From Takakia lepidozioides (taxonomy: Eukaryota; Plantae; Bryophyta), in NCBI GenBank assembly GCA_030704615.1, contig CM060732.1:52576001-52640000 (forward strand): DNA of 64,000 bases, read 5' to 3'. The position numbers and the translations under genes were made by a program. Shown piece after piece: positions 51,468 through 62,327 of this stretch. The number at the start of each line of letters is the position of its first letter. Within the stretch, counting starts at the first letter, position 1. The notes beneath the pieces are model-generated. The model did not search any database. It saw only the letters and a list, made by a program, of their open reading frames with translations, and was not told where the DNA came from.

Positions 51468-51727
51468 ATCGCCCCCCTAGCTGGCGCTTAGGTCCCTCTA
51501 AGTCTAGGTAGCCACAAGATATGATAGTGGCCATAGCCTCACTAAGTCCTCCACCACTGTCCCTACTACACTCAAACTCGATAAATCAAGAGGCCGGTTA
51601 CAAGAGTTGCCCCATCGTTAGTCGCCGTTTTGCAAACTGTGAACCTGAGCCTAAGATCTCGGGTATTGACTCCTATGAGCTTGGCCTCCCATGTCTTGTT
51701 AGCTGTCACTAGTCATATCCACTGCCA

Positions 51728-53481
51728 CTATCCCAAGCAGTGTGGACATAACCAATCTCCATCGTCAAGAGGTGGTGTCAAGCATCCCATGTGTCAACCT
51801 CTTGAGCATCGATCACACACCAGCATAGTGGCGGCACCACAAGCGTGCCCACATAGCATGCAACGCAACCCTACAGGTACCACTGCAAGGTTGGGATCTA
51901 TCATCCCATCCACATGTGGAAGGTGACATGGCGCACAATTGCGCACATGGTCCTTCCATACCATGCCGTCTCGACCCTCCAGAATCAACACTCCTAAAGG
52001 CAACACCTCCCTGACCCTTAGAATCACACGTCATGCTCTGACATCCAAGGTCGTAGGCGTTGTCTGCTGTAGATACACATAGTCCCCAAGGTGGAAATGC
52101 CGAACACCTGGCCGATATCCCCCTCCACGTATAGTGGCATACCTCAATGTGTCTCGGTGTTGGGCAATAACAAGGTTCTCAAAAGCCATAGGCATGATCC
52201 TCTTGAACAACTCTGCCTGCTGGGCACGTGCTTGTGTCCACACATCCGGATCATCAAGGTTGAGGACTACTGCAGCCTCCCTGCGAATAGACGCAGACAA
52301 ATCTGGCTCTCGGCCAAAGAGAAGGAAATATGGTGAGAAGGAGGCAAGTGATGTTTGTTTGCTAAACCTGTAGCCTATGGCTAACCAAGGTCTGAAGATC
52401 CCAATCTCCTAGGTGTCCCTTTTGCAAGCCATACTTACGCAAACCCTCTTCACTGTCTGAACCACTCTCTCTGCCAAGCCATCGGCCTCGGGAGGATCCC
52501 GAGAAGTGGTACGGTGGTCTATCAAGGCTTTATCACACAAGCCTGAAACTCCCCCAAGAACTCTCTCCCTTGGTCCGTGAGTACCTCAGCTGGAGCACCG
52601 AATCGGCTAAGCATACGATCCATGAATGCATACGCAGCCCCCTCACAAGCCTTGTCAGGCAATGGAACCAACTCAATCCACTTGGAGAAGTGCTCCAACA
52701 TCGCCAACACATATCTGTGGTGACGCATCGTCAGTGGCAACGGACCTGCGAAGTTGAGACTCCACCTGTAGCCCAACCCCATGATGGGTAAAGGATGCAA
52801 CTGTGGTGAAGGGGCGTTGGATGAAGCACTCACCCTCTAACACACCATGCACCTAGCCACAAACTATTGCACCTTTGTGTGCATACCACGCCACCAATAC
52901 TGCCCCTACAGTAAACTATGAGTGCATCGCACTCCAAAATGCCCCAACTCCTCATGGCATGCCGCACTAACCGTGCATGTTGTGTTGGATGAGGCACGAT
53001 CCTCACCTGACGATCCTCCCACACTCGAAGCAGGTGTATCCCCTCCCACTTGAACCTCTTGGCTTGTTGCAGGATCCGATCCCTCTCCTTGGCAGTCACA
53101 CTAGTTGTCGTGTCTCCAGTGCGGAGGTAGTCCAACACAACCGAATCCTCATGTATATATCTGGCACCACCTGGCTCATCACTAGCCTCAGGGTCCTCAG
53201 ACACTCCGTCTATAGTCATCCATATTGTTGTAGGTCCAACCTGACCTCCTGATGCCAAGATACACAAAAAGACAGATGCATGTCATCTCGGCACCATCTC
53301 CTCGTCCGTCTCACCATGCCACCGAGCTCCAGTGCCATCCTGCTGGCTCGTGCATGGATTGCAACTCAATCCATCCGCATCCCTATTGACCAAACCTGGT
53401 CGATGCACAACCTAAAAGTCATATTCTTGGAGTATAAGTGCCCACCGTGCAAGCTTCCTCGTAAGCGTGTCTGACTCCATC
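51728..53481 (-). pseudogene. Inverted gypsy RNase H tail, integrase and PHD finger
   Basis: KLARWALILQEYDF; WSLNFAGPLP...EHFSKWIE...VLTDQGREF; CMLC...CDRCSRG*HMGCLTPPL...WLCPHC (C4HC3). Confidence 0.88.
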
Positions 53482-54210
53482 AATGTTGTGTGGTTTTGGA
53501 CAGCAATGTAGTTGTGTAGCGATATGTATGCGCACGACAACTGTCAAGTTATTTTATCACTAGTGTGAAGTTAGCTAGGAAATAACTAGCTTTTATATAT
53601 TGATATTTGGGATTGACCCAAGTGTCAGTCCAGGGGCCAATACATGTTTGGGCACCTAGCGTTGTTATCTTCACGGCAAATCGCGGTGGGCTCATCTTTT
53701 TCGAGTTGAGCCTCACCGCATCTAGCTATGGCGCCGTAGTGTGGATTCCCCATGGCGTGGGGTGCACTTGGCTCGATTTAATATATGAGTGATGTTTTTC
53801 ATGTGCAAGTATGTGAGTTTGAGAGAGCTTGTGTGCTTGTATCATTCATTTCTTTATCATTGTGATGGACTAGTGGCAGCCTAGTGATGGACTAGTGGCT
53901 GCACTAGTGGTGGCTAGTGGCAGCCTAGTGGTTGGACTAGTGACTGCACTAGTGGCGGCTAGTGACAGCCTAGTGGTTGGACTAGTGGCTGCACTAGTAG
54001 CGGCTAGTGGCAGCCTAGTGGTGGCTAGTGGCAGCCTACTGGTGGACTAGTGGCTGTACTAGTGGTGGCTAGAGGTGACTAGTGGTTGTCTAGTGGTAGC
54101 CTAGTGGTGCACTAGTGGTGGACTAGTGATAGACTAGTGTTTGGTGTGCACATGTGTTGTGTGGTTATGGACAACGATGTAGTTGTGTAGCGATATGTAT
54201 GCGCACGACA
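53482..54210 (+). repeat. LTR 3' part (to ...TATCA at 53859) followed by a second, partial LTR (53861-54210) rich in CTAGTGG repeats
   Basis: 53485-53539 recurs at ~54156-54210. TGTGATGGACTAGTGG restarts at 53861. Confidence 0.8.
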
Positions 54211-54710
54211 CCTTGGGCCAAACTGTTAGCAATTCTTCCACATGCGGTCTTGAAAAAAATAAAATGTCAACAACCATTTCCAATAGAGCCTTGCTTGCAA
54301 CTTGAGAGACATTTTTTCTTGCAGCCAGAGTCTCGTTGTCCATATTGAAATTGCCAAACAGAGGTTGCCTCAGCACCTCATTTGATGAGTGCACTGCGCA
54401 ACATAATTTGAGAGAGGGTGGGAGTGGATTTCATGCCAGACATCCGATATAATGGCCGTCCGCCCACGCTGCAGAGCCTGTAGGTGAGCAGTTGTTGGAT
54501 CTGTCTCCTGAACACACCATCTGAGCGAGGGAATCCGTTACTGAGGCGAATACTTTGGGATAGATTTCATTAAACTGAAATGAAGAACCTCTCTCCAAGG
54601 ACTGACAATGGCAACCAGCAACCTTGGAACCAATTTGGCAAGAAGCACCTTGACTTGAGAAGGAATATCTAGCAAGCTCAAACCACCATGTTGTTTCCAA
54701 TACAAAGCTT
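54211..54710 (-). mobile_element. LINE ORF2 fragment
   Basis: WKQHGGLSLLDIPSQVKVLLAKL resembles the post-RT GGLG..D...LL.K motif, followed by EVLRQPLFGN. Confidence 0.55.
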
Positions 54711-54714
54711 TAAC

Positions 54715-54788
54715 TCATATTAGAGCAAGGACCATGCTAATCTTCTCTACATCATTCCAATTTTATCAGACATTCTCCCCAAAGAGAC
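54715..54788 (-). pseudogene. U6: U6 snRNA pseudogene, 3'-truncated
   Basis: Minus strand gtctctttggggagaatgtctGATAAAATTGGAAtGATgtAGAGAAGATTAGCATGGtCCtTGC matches the 5' ~70 nt of plant U6. The ACAGAGA box is mutated. Confidence 0.88.
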
Positions 54789-55729
54789 CAAAATTCAAAC
54801 TCTCTTTCTCTCAATCCACTGGACAAATTTTATTTTAATATTCTGTAAGTACTTTGATGGTGACAAGTGCAAGTGTGCTATTTCAAGTGAGTTGGACATA
54901 TGACTACAGTGTGCCGGAGAAATGCGAAAGGATTTGCAATGGAGTAGGGATTATGGCGGGATTTCGGATTTTGCATGGCCACGTTCCCACTTAGCCTTGC
55001 AACGTAATCAAAGTCACTAGGACAACAACATCTAGGAAAGAGGAAGGAAATCAAAACAATGTTGTCTTGGAAGTCAACTAATTGATTGAGTTAACTTAGG
55101 GATGCTTACAAAGGAGATAACCATACCTAACCAAGTGACCAAAAGAGAACCAAGACCAAAAAGAGTAATATATACCAAAGAAGGCCTAGAAGACTAGGAA
55201 ACCAACGGAGCCAGGAAAGGCCTAAGAGCGGGGGAGAGCAGAGAACCAAACAATGAAGGATAGGTAAAAGGAAAGACAATGAGAGGAGAAGATGGAAGGC
55301 AGAAAGACATGCAAAGCATTACGAAACAGAACCCAAGTACAAGCCCAACTAGCTCCAAATTTGAGCCGTGTTTTCAGCTTCGAGTCCAGTTTAGTACATG
55401 ACTAGCTGTTACGAAAGGTAGAATACAAATATGTGGGATAGCCATTCATGGTTGACACAAATAGAAGGACAATGTTCATGTAGACCAAACTTGATAAATA
55501 TGATTTCATACTTGTAAAACACTCCACATAACACAATGAAGACAAAAGCAAACTGTGCTTTCGAGAAGACAATTTTTTTTTGCACGAGCCCAATATATAT
55601 TAAGAACATGTGCTAGATCTAGATCTCCAATAGGGAGTCCTTGGAAGACACCATCATAAATGCATTCAAAGATTATTCTTTGAATGCAAATGTTAAAATA
55701 AAATAATATTGACATTTAGACAACAATTG

Positions 55730-58230
55730 CTATCTTAGGACCTCAACAACATTAGGTACCTGTGGGGTAACCTCAATTCCAATGTAACATGTTTGTGATC
55801 CATTAGTAATATGGTGTAGATGGGTCATGACGAGATTGACTTGCATTATCGACTCTGAGAAGTGTTGTACATACATCTCAAGGCTATGTTTCCCACGACC
55901 TCGGTGGATTTTGCTCACATGTCTTGAAGATTTAAAGAGAAATGTTGCATATTGGCTCCGTTCATCTGATCCCATTGTTGCTAGGTTTTTTGGAACCCAA
56001 GTTCCTTCTGCAATTGCTGTGTAAGTTCCACAGGAACCTAGGGCCAAGGCATTCCTTCGAGCTTCAGTATCATCCCACAACATGTCCAAATCATCAACAA
56101 TATTCAAAGCTGGGCGGGAATAGAAGATGTTGAAAAGCAAATGCGCATTTCTAGCGGACGGACGACAGCGACAATAAAAACCTCCTGGGAGCAATTTCAG
56201 CTACATTGTGCTTGTGTCTCCATTGGTTTTTTGTTGGCCACGTGTTATTTTGCCTAAAACTGTTCCTGTCATCTTTCCAATGCCAATATTGGCACTTCCG
56301 CACTTCCACTTGCTGAGACTTCCCCTCCCCTTTACTTGATTGAATTCCTAAGTTCACAGCAGTGATGTTCTTGCCATTGCCAAAAAGAACAGGTTTTATA
56401 CAACCATCAGTATCCTCCATCATCAAATCATTGCGATCAAGTCATACAACTTTACTATCTTCAATACATTGCATTGAGATCTCCATCGAGTCACTCAACC
56501 ACCCGAAGAAATATTTACTCGTTGTCAAACTTGGTGGAGCCTCCCCTGATAGCTCAAACTTGACCTTGCTATTGATCTCTCTTCCTTGTCAAACATAAAT
56601 GCCAGAATCGGATAAATTGCTGCAGATGTTTTTAAACAATCTGGAACTTCTGAATTTGCAAGCTGCATTCCGTCAGGATCATGAAAATGGTCTCTTCTGT
56701 CTTCATAGTCAAATATCATTGTTCAAGATTCTTACCTTCTTTATGATGTATATCTAGTTTGGCATTTTTACATGTATTATGTTGCCATTGCTCCTCCTCC
56801 TCCTCATCATCATCCTGTTGACCATCTCCTCCGTGCGGTTGATTTCTTGAAAGCGTCAATCTATTCAAAGTGACAATCACGTCATTGCGCCCATTCGACC
56901 TCCGACTGTTAGAATTAGACGTTCCATGATTATCCTTCGAACTAGTACAACTTGATCCTCCATCACCATTGTCGGAGGGGGTTGGTTCGGCTGGCCTAAC
57001 ATTCTCCCTAGCAAGAATAGTAGAAAAAGTGTCCTTCTTGAGTAAGTCATACTTTGCTACCTCCCACAAGAGGAGTGATGTTATTTGACTCACATGCCTC
57101 TGCTCCAAGTTCATATATTGAAAGAAGCCTCAGATGGTGTAGAAGATCACGCCCATAACTGTCCATCCCCATTGTCCATTTGGAGATAGAATTTAACGCC
57201 AGCATAAGCACGCTCAGCTTGCTCAAGTGTCTTGTACGAGCCAAGCCAAACTGTTCTCTTCCACTTCGGTGGTCTAATTTCTACGGACCACGTGTTAGAT
57301 GGGGTATGGAAACGAATTTCTGGGTTCTGACGAGGGATGATTTCTCGACCATGCTTACAGTTATCGGCATCATCCGCTGATATGTAGAGCAGTTTGATGA
57401 TCCCGAATGAACCCAACATTTTGTCAAATCATTGGCAGGGACATCCCCTGGAGTCGACTGTGCATTCGCCGTTTGGGGCATCCCAGATGCATCCGTCAGA
57501 TTCTGTGCAACGTCCTTTTGTGCTGCTTGCACTGCTCCTGCTTCACCATATACCCATGCCTGCCTCATAAAGGCGTAGAGTCTTTCCCGTAATCCTTGGG
57601 CCCCGCTAATCGGTTGTAGGATGTGAGGAGGGTCAGGAAAGTTGTAGGGAATTCCGGACTCGCTGGCTGGCTTGACTCGCTTCCAGCCACTCCGCTTCCT
57701 TGCATCTTCAAGAGGTACTTCTTCATCTTGTAATCTGGCCTGACAAGGGGTTGATGTTCAAGCGCTGCAACTTTTAATGTCAACTAATGTAACACCCCAG
57801 GGCCAGCAGAATTCTCTCCAGACTAACTGTAACACTGTCCCCTCTCGGCTGTGGCTTGGTTCTAAAATTTCAAGCTTGATACAAATGGGCCTTCATATAT
57901 ATATCTGTCTGTGAAGCAGGGATGGTTAACGCATGGTGTCCTTCCGTCGTCGTGAGAGGACTTCCAGCCATTCGAGTCCTTCATCATTCGACCTGGGAGA
58001 ATCAGTATATCTATGATGGGATTGAAATACGAACCACCTGAAGCACTGCCATTCTTCCGAGCCATATGCGCTAGCCTGTCTACATCTTCTCCGGAAAGGA
58101 AATTGCAATTGCACCACTCACTCACACTGCTCGTACCCTGCGTGCCGATCAGCGCATGTGCCTGGATTGTGTGCAAGTCGAGAATTGATCGGTACTGTGA
58201 GAACGTGTTGTCTGCCAAGTCAACCAAACT
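55730..58230 (-). pseudogene. Decayed gene containing a divergent AP2/ERF domain
   Basis: TWSVEIRPPKWKRTVWLGSYKTLEQAERAY (~57200-57295) matches the AP2 core. It sits in a chain of broken same-strand ORFs, so the limits are uncertain. Confidence 0.55.
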
Positions 58231-59336
58231 ACAGTTGTATATTCTAGAAATCAGTCTATCGACAGCTACGCCTATTGCTAGGCGTTACTTAACCAAAAGA
58301 TTACATCATCTTTTTTACTTAGCAATACCGACGGAACCGAGAAGGTGCGATGTCTAGATCTACCTGCTTAATTATCGAACACAAGTGTGTGCATCAGCGA
58401 GCATATCATCGAGCTTATTACGCCTCGTTTACGCTTCATAGTGTCTCCCTTGGATTTGTGTTTCATTCAATATAAAGCACCCAGCAGCAAGAGATGTCTG
58501 AAATTTTCATCATGGACAACGCTGCTGTAAGAGAGAAATGTCACTCACCATGATGGAAGAGTTCGACTGCTTACAGCAACTGAAACAATGACGACAAGAG
58601 GTGATGCTACCAGTTAAAAGGCTCGTCAACAATGCATTTATCCCCTCATCAGCCTCATCAGACCTGTTGTCCCCCAAATTCAAAGGATCCGCAAGATACT
58701 CCTGCCAACGGCAATCTATGCTTATTACACAATCTGCATGCATACACCACTAGGATGCAGAGATCTAAGCAGAAACACCTGCATAGCTTTATAAAAAGAC
58801 CCAAGTGGGGTGACTGTACAAATGGGTAGAACTGTCCCCAAGAGGAAAAAATCAAAGCTCGTAGAGCTAGATATATTGACACAAAGAAAGATTATCAAAC
58901 TATTCTAGCATCACCTACAGCCTGAAGATCTAGCAGACATTACTAGTGGAGGAACGAGATTTGCCAAAATCCTTCTCTCTCTCTCCCTCTCTCAAAAACA
59001 CACACAAAAATAAACTGATTCATGTCAGATTTAGGGCTGGGGCAGAAATCATTGCTGGAGTCGACATGCGTTTTCTATCAAATATGTACTATATCCTCGC
59101 CCTTACTTGTACCCTCATTATTCCCTGCAACCCACACCGAAAGAATCACCCCAGGATTTGCATGTCCATATCTTCCTTCGCTTTCCCTTGAGGCTTGGAG
59201 ACGGCAACCTGAGGGCGCCAGTGATGGAGCGCCATTATCTTCGAGAAATGTGGAAATCGATTTATAATTGAAATAAAGGATTGGATTTTCCGCCCAAGAG
59301 CCTAGAGGGTTTGAAAGGCACAGCAGGTCTCGCACT

Positions 59337-62327
59337 TTGCATCTCCCTCGTCTCTTCACAATCTTTCTCACCATGCACTTCATGGAACCTGTTCACCCCC
59401 AACACTCCGTGCCCAATACATTAAGCTCGACACATTCTTATGCTGCATGCATGTCCCTGGAGTTTCCAGTCTGGAATCAAACCCAGTTGTTAGATGAGGA
59501 TCGAAGTTGGGGCAAGGCTGTGAGTCATGGCACAGCCGCCTCCGCAATTGCCTGTAATGGAGGGAGAAGACAAAGACTACGGGAGACGGAAAGAAGCAAG
59601 GAATTTTGTGGAAGTGATGTGGGTTTAGCCTCATTGTGCAAGGAGGGACAATGGAAGGAGTTAGTGCGCATTCTAGATCTTGAGGAGCAATTAGGCTTCC
59701 GTGCATATTCCCAAAAGTGTGCTGGTCTCTTGCAGGTCTGTGCTAAGACGAAAACCCTTGGAATTGGCAAGGAGGTCCATGCCCACATCAGTAAAACTGG
59801 ATTCCATCCAGATGTTTATTTAGGAAACAGTCTTGTCAGCATGTATTGCAAGTGCGGGAGTGTTGTGGATGCGCGGAAAGTGTTTGAAAAAATGCCTAAG
59901 AGAAATGTGGTCTCATGGACTGCGATGATTGCAGGATTAGCTCAGCAAGGGCATGGTGAAGAGGCATTTGAACTCTTTGGGCAAATGCAACGAGAGGGCG
60001 TGAAGCCTAACAGGATCACATTCATGTCAATCCTGAACGCCTGCGCCAGTCCAGTGGCTCTGGATCAGGGCAAGCAACTGCATGCAGGCATCATCAAAGC
60101 TGGGTTTGTTACGGACGTCCGAGTGGGGACTGCCCTTGTCAGCATGTATTGCAAGTGCGGGAGTGTGGTAAATGCGCGCCAAGTGTTTGACGAAATGCCT
60201 GAACGAAATGTGGTCTCATGGAATGCGATGATTGCGGGACTAGCTCAGCAAGGGCAGGTTGAAGAGGCATTTCATCTGTTTCAGCATATGCAACTGGTAG
60301 ACGTGAAGCCAGACAGGATCACCTCAATATCCACCCTCAGTGCATGCAGCCCGGTAGCTCTGGAACAGGGCAAGAAGCTCCCTGCAGGATTTGAGTCTAA
60401 TTTTAGTGTGGGAAATCCCCTTGGGAGTATCTGCTGCGAGTGTGGCAGTGTGGTAGATGCCCGCAAAGTATCTGACAAAATGCCTTCGCGAGATGTCGTG
60501 TCATGGACTGCGATGATTGCTGGCTTAGCGCAGCAAGGTCACGGTGCAGAGGCATCTCACCATTTTGGGCAGATGGAACAACAAGACATGAAGCCAGATA
60601 GAATCACTTTCATCACCATCCTCAAGGCATGCGAGAGCCCGAAGGCTCTGGAACAGGGTAAGCGGATCCATGCGGGCATCGTCAAAGCTGGATTTGAGTC
60701 AGATGTCAATGTGGCGAATGCCCTTTTGACCATGTATTGCAGGTGTGGGAGCTTGGCGGATGCCCGCAGTGTGTTTGTCAAAATGCCAATGCGGGATGTG
60801 GTCACATGGAATGCAATGATTGCAGGAACTACCGAGCAAGGGCTCAGTGTAGAGGCATTTGACCTTTTCCAGCAGATGGAACAAGAAGGCATGAAGTCAG
60901 ACGGGGTCACCTTCATCAGCATCCTCAATGCATGCACCAGCCCAGCAGCTCTGGAACATGGCAAGCGCCTCCATTTGGGCATCATCAAATGTGGATTCGA
61001 GTCCAATGTCCATGTAGGGAATGCACTACTTAGCATGTATTACAGGTGCGGGAGTGTGATGGATGCCCACAAAGTGTTTGACAAACTTCCTCAGCCAGAT
61101 GTGGTCTCATGGAATGCAATGATCACAGGTTCTGCTCACCAGGGGCATGGTACAGAGGCATTTGAACTGTACTGGCAAATGCAGGGAGAAGGCATGAGAC
61201 CTGACAAGGTCACATTTGTTTGTATCCTTAACGTATGTGCTGGCCTGGCAGTTCTGGAAGAAGGAAAGTGCGTGCATGCCCAAATCATTACATGTGGCTT
61301 TGAGTCAGATGTCCGTGTGGCGAATGCCCTTGTTCATATGTACGCCAAGTGTGGGAGCGTAGGGGATGCTCGGAAAGTATTTGACAAGATTTTGGAACGA
61401 GACCACATCTCGTGGAATGCCATGATAGTAGGATATGCCCAGCATGGGCAAAGTAAGGAAGCGTTTGCACTCTTTGATCAAATGTTGGGGGAAGGAGTGA
61501 AGCCCGACAATGTCACATTTATTGGTGTTCTGTCTGCTTGTAGCCGCGTGGGCTTAGTTGATGAAGGTCATCTTTACTTCCATGCCATGATTCGGGACCA
61601 TGGCATCACTCCCACACAGGAGCACTATGCTTGTATAGTGGATCTTCTTGGCCGTGCAGGGCGCTTGAGTGAGGCAGTGGACTTCATCAACCACATGCCC
61701 TTTGAACCGGGTGCTTCAATATGGGGTGCCTTGCTTGGTGCATGCAGAATCCATGGCAATGTAGGGCTAGCAGAGCTTGCTGCAGAATGTGCTCTCAAGT
61801 TACAACCACAAAATGCTGCAGTGTATGTGCTGCTCTCAAATATCTATGCAGCGGCTGGCAAGTGGGATGATTTAGCAAATGTAAGAAAGGTGATGAAGGA
61901 CAGAGGTGTGACAAAGGAGCCAGGGTGCAGCTGGATTGAAGTTGAGAACAAGATACACACGTTTGTTGTGGAAGACAGATCACACCCACAAACGAATGAA
62001 ATCTATGCCGAGTTAGAGAGATTGACAACCCAGATGGAGGAGGCGGGCTATGTGCCTGACACCCACTTCGCGTTGCATGATGTGGATGAGCAGCATAAGG
62101 AACAGGCTCTTTGCCACCACAGTGAAAAACTGGCCATTGCTTTTGGGCTAATCAGCACGCCCCCTGGGACACCCATCCACATAATTAAAAACCTTCGGGT
62201 ATGTGGCGATTGTCACAGTGCCACCAAGTTCATTTCCAATATTGTGGGGCGAGAAATTGTCACAAGGGATGCTAACCGCTTTCATCACTTCAAGAATGGG
62301 GTGTGTTCTTGTGGAGACTATTGGTAA
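59337..62327 (+). CDS. PLS-class PPR protein with E/E+ and DYW deaminase domain (organellar C-to-U editing factor); true start probably a downstream ATG
   Basis: Repeated P-L-S triplets (VVSWxAMI, PDxxTF, NALxxMYxKCG), PG box PGCSWIEV, HSEKLA, CGDCH and terminal DYW. Intronless. Confidence 0.97.
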   Translation: MHLPRLFTIFLTMHFMEPVHPQHSVPNTLSSTHSYAACMSLEFPVWNQTQLLDEDRSWGKAVSHGTAASAIACNGGRRQRLRETERSKEFCGSDVGLASLCKEGQWKELVRILDLEEQLGFRAYSQKCAGLLQVCAKTKTLGIGKEVHAHISKTGFHPDVYLGNSLVSMYCKCGSVVDARKVFEKMPKRNVVSWTAMIAGLAQQGHGEEAFELFGQMQREGVKPNRITFMSILNACASPVALDQGKQLHAGIIKAGFVTDVRVGTALVSMYCKCGSVVNARQVFDEMPERNVVSWNAMIAGLAQQGQVEEAFHLFQHMQLVDVKPDRITSISTLSACSPVALEQGKKLPAGFESNFSVGNPLGSICCECGSVVDARKVSDKMPSRDVVSWTAMIAGLAQQGHGAEASHHFGQMEQQDMKPDRITFITILKACESPKALEQGKRIHAGIVKAGFESDVNVANALLTMYCRCGSLADARSVFVKMPMRDVVTWNAMIAGTTEQGLSVEAFDLFQQMEQEGMKSDGVTFISILNACTSPAALEHGKRLHLGIIKCGFESNVHVGNALLSMYYRCGSVMDAHKVFDKLPQPDVVSWNAMITGSAHQGHGTEAFELYWQMQGEGMRPDKVTFVCILNVCAGLAVLEEGKCVHAQIITCGFESDVRVANALVHMYAKCGSVGDARKVFDKILERDHISWNAMIVGYAQHGQSKEAFALFDQMLGEGVKPDNVTFIGVLSACSRVGLVDEGHLYFHAMIRDHGITPTQEHYACIVDLLGRAGRLSEAVDFINHMPFEPGASIWGALLGACRIHGNVGLAELAAECALKLQPQNAAVYVLLSNIYAAAGKWDDLANVRKVMKDRGVTKEPGCSWIEVENKIHTFVVEDRSHPQTNEIYAELERLTTQMEEAGYVPDTHFALHDVDEQHKEQALCHHSEKLAIAFGLISTPPGTPIHIIKNLRVCGDCHSATKFISNIVGREIVTRDANRFHHFKNGVCSCGDYW

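Larger units (their letters stand above)
45917..54210 (+). mobile_element. Ty3/gypsy relic encoding C5-DNMT, RT, RNase H, integrase and PHD finger; 5'-truncated, interrupted and partly inverted
   Basis: DNMT at 45917-46101 and 49830-~50260; RT/RH at 50591-51243; inverted RH-IN-PHD at 53481-51728; PPT gctaggggggcgat followed by an LTR starting TGTGATGG. Confidence 0.85.

Noticed and set aside
51250-54145. CRISPR-like array
   Set aside because: Simple tandem 10-13-bp units without unique spacers, inside a plant LTR.
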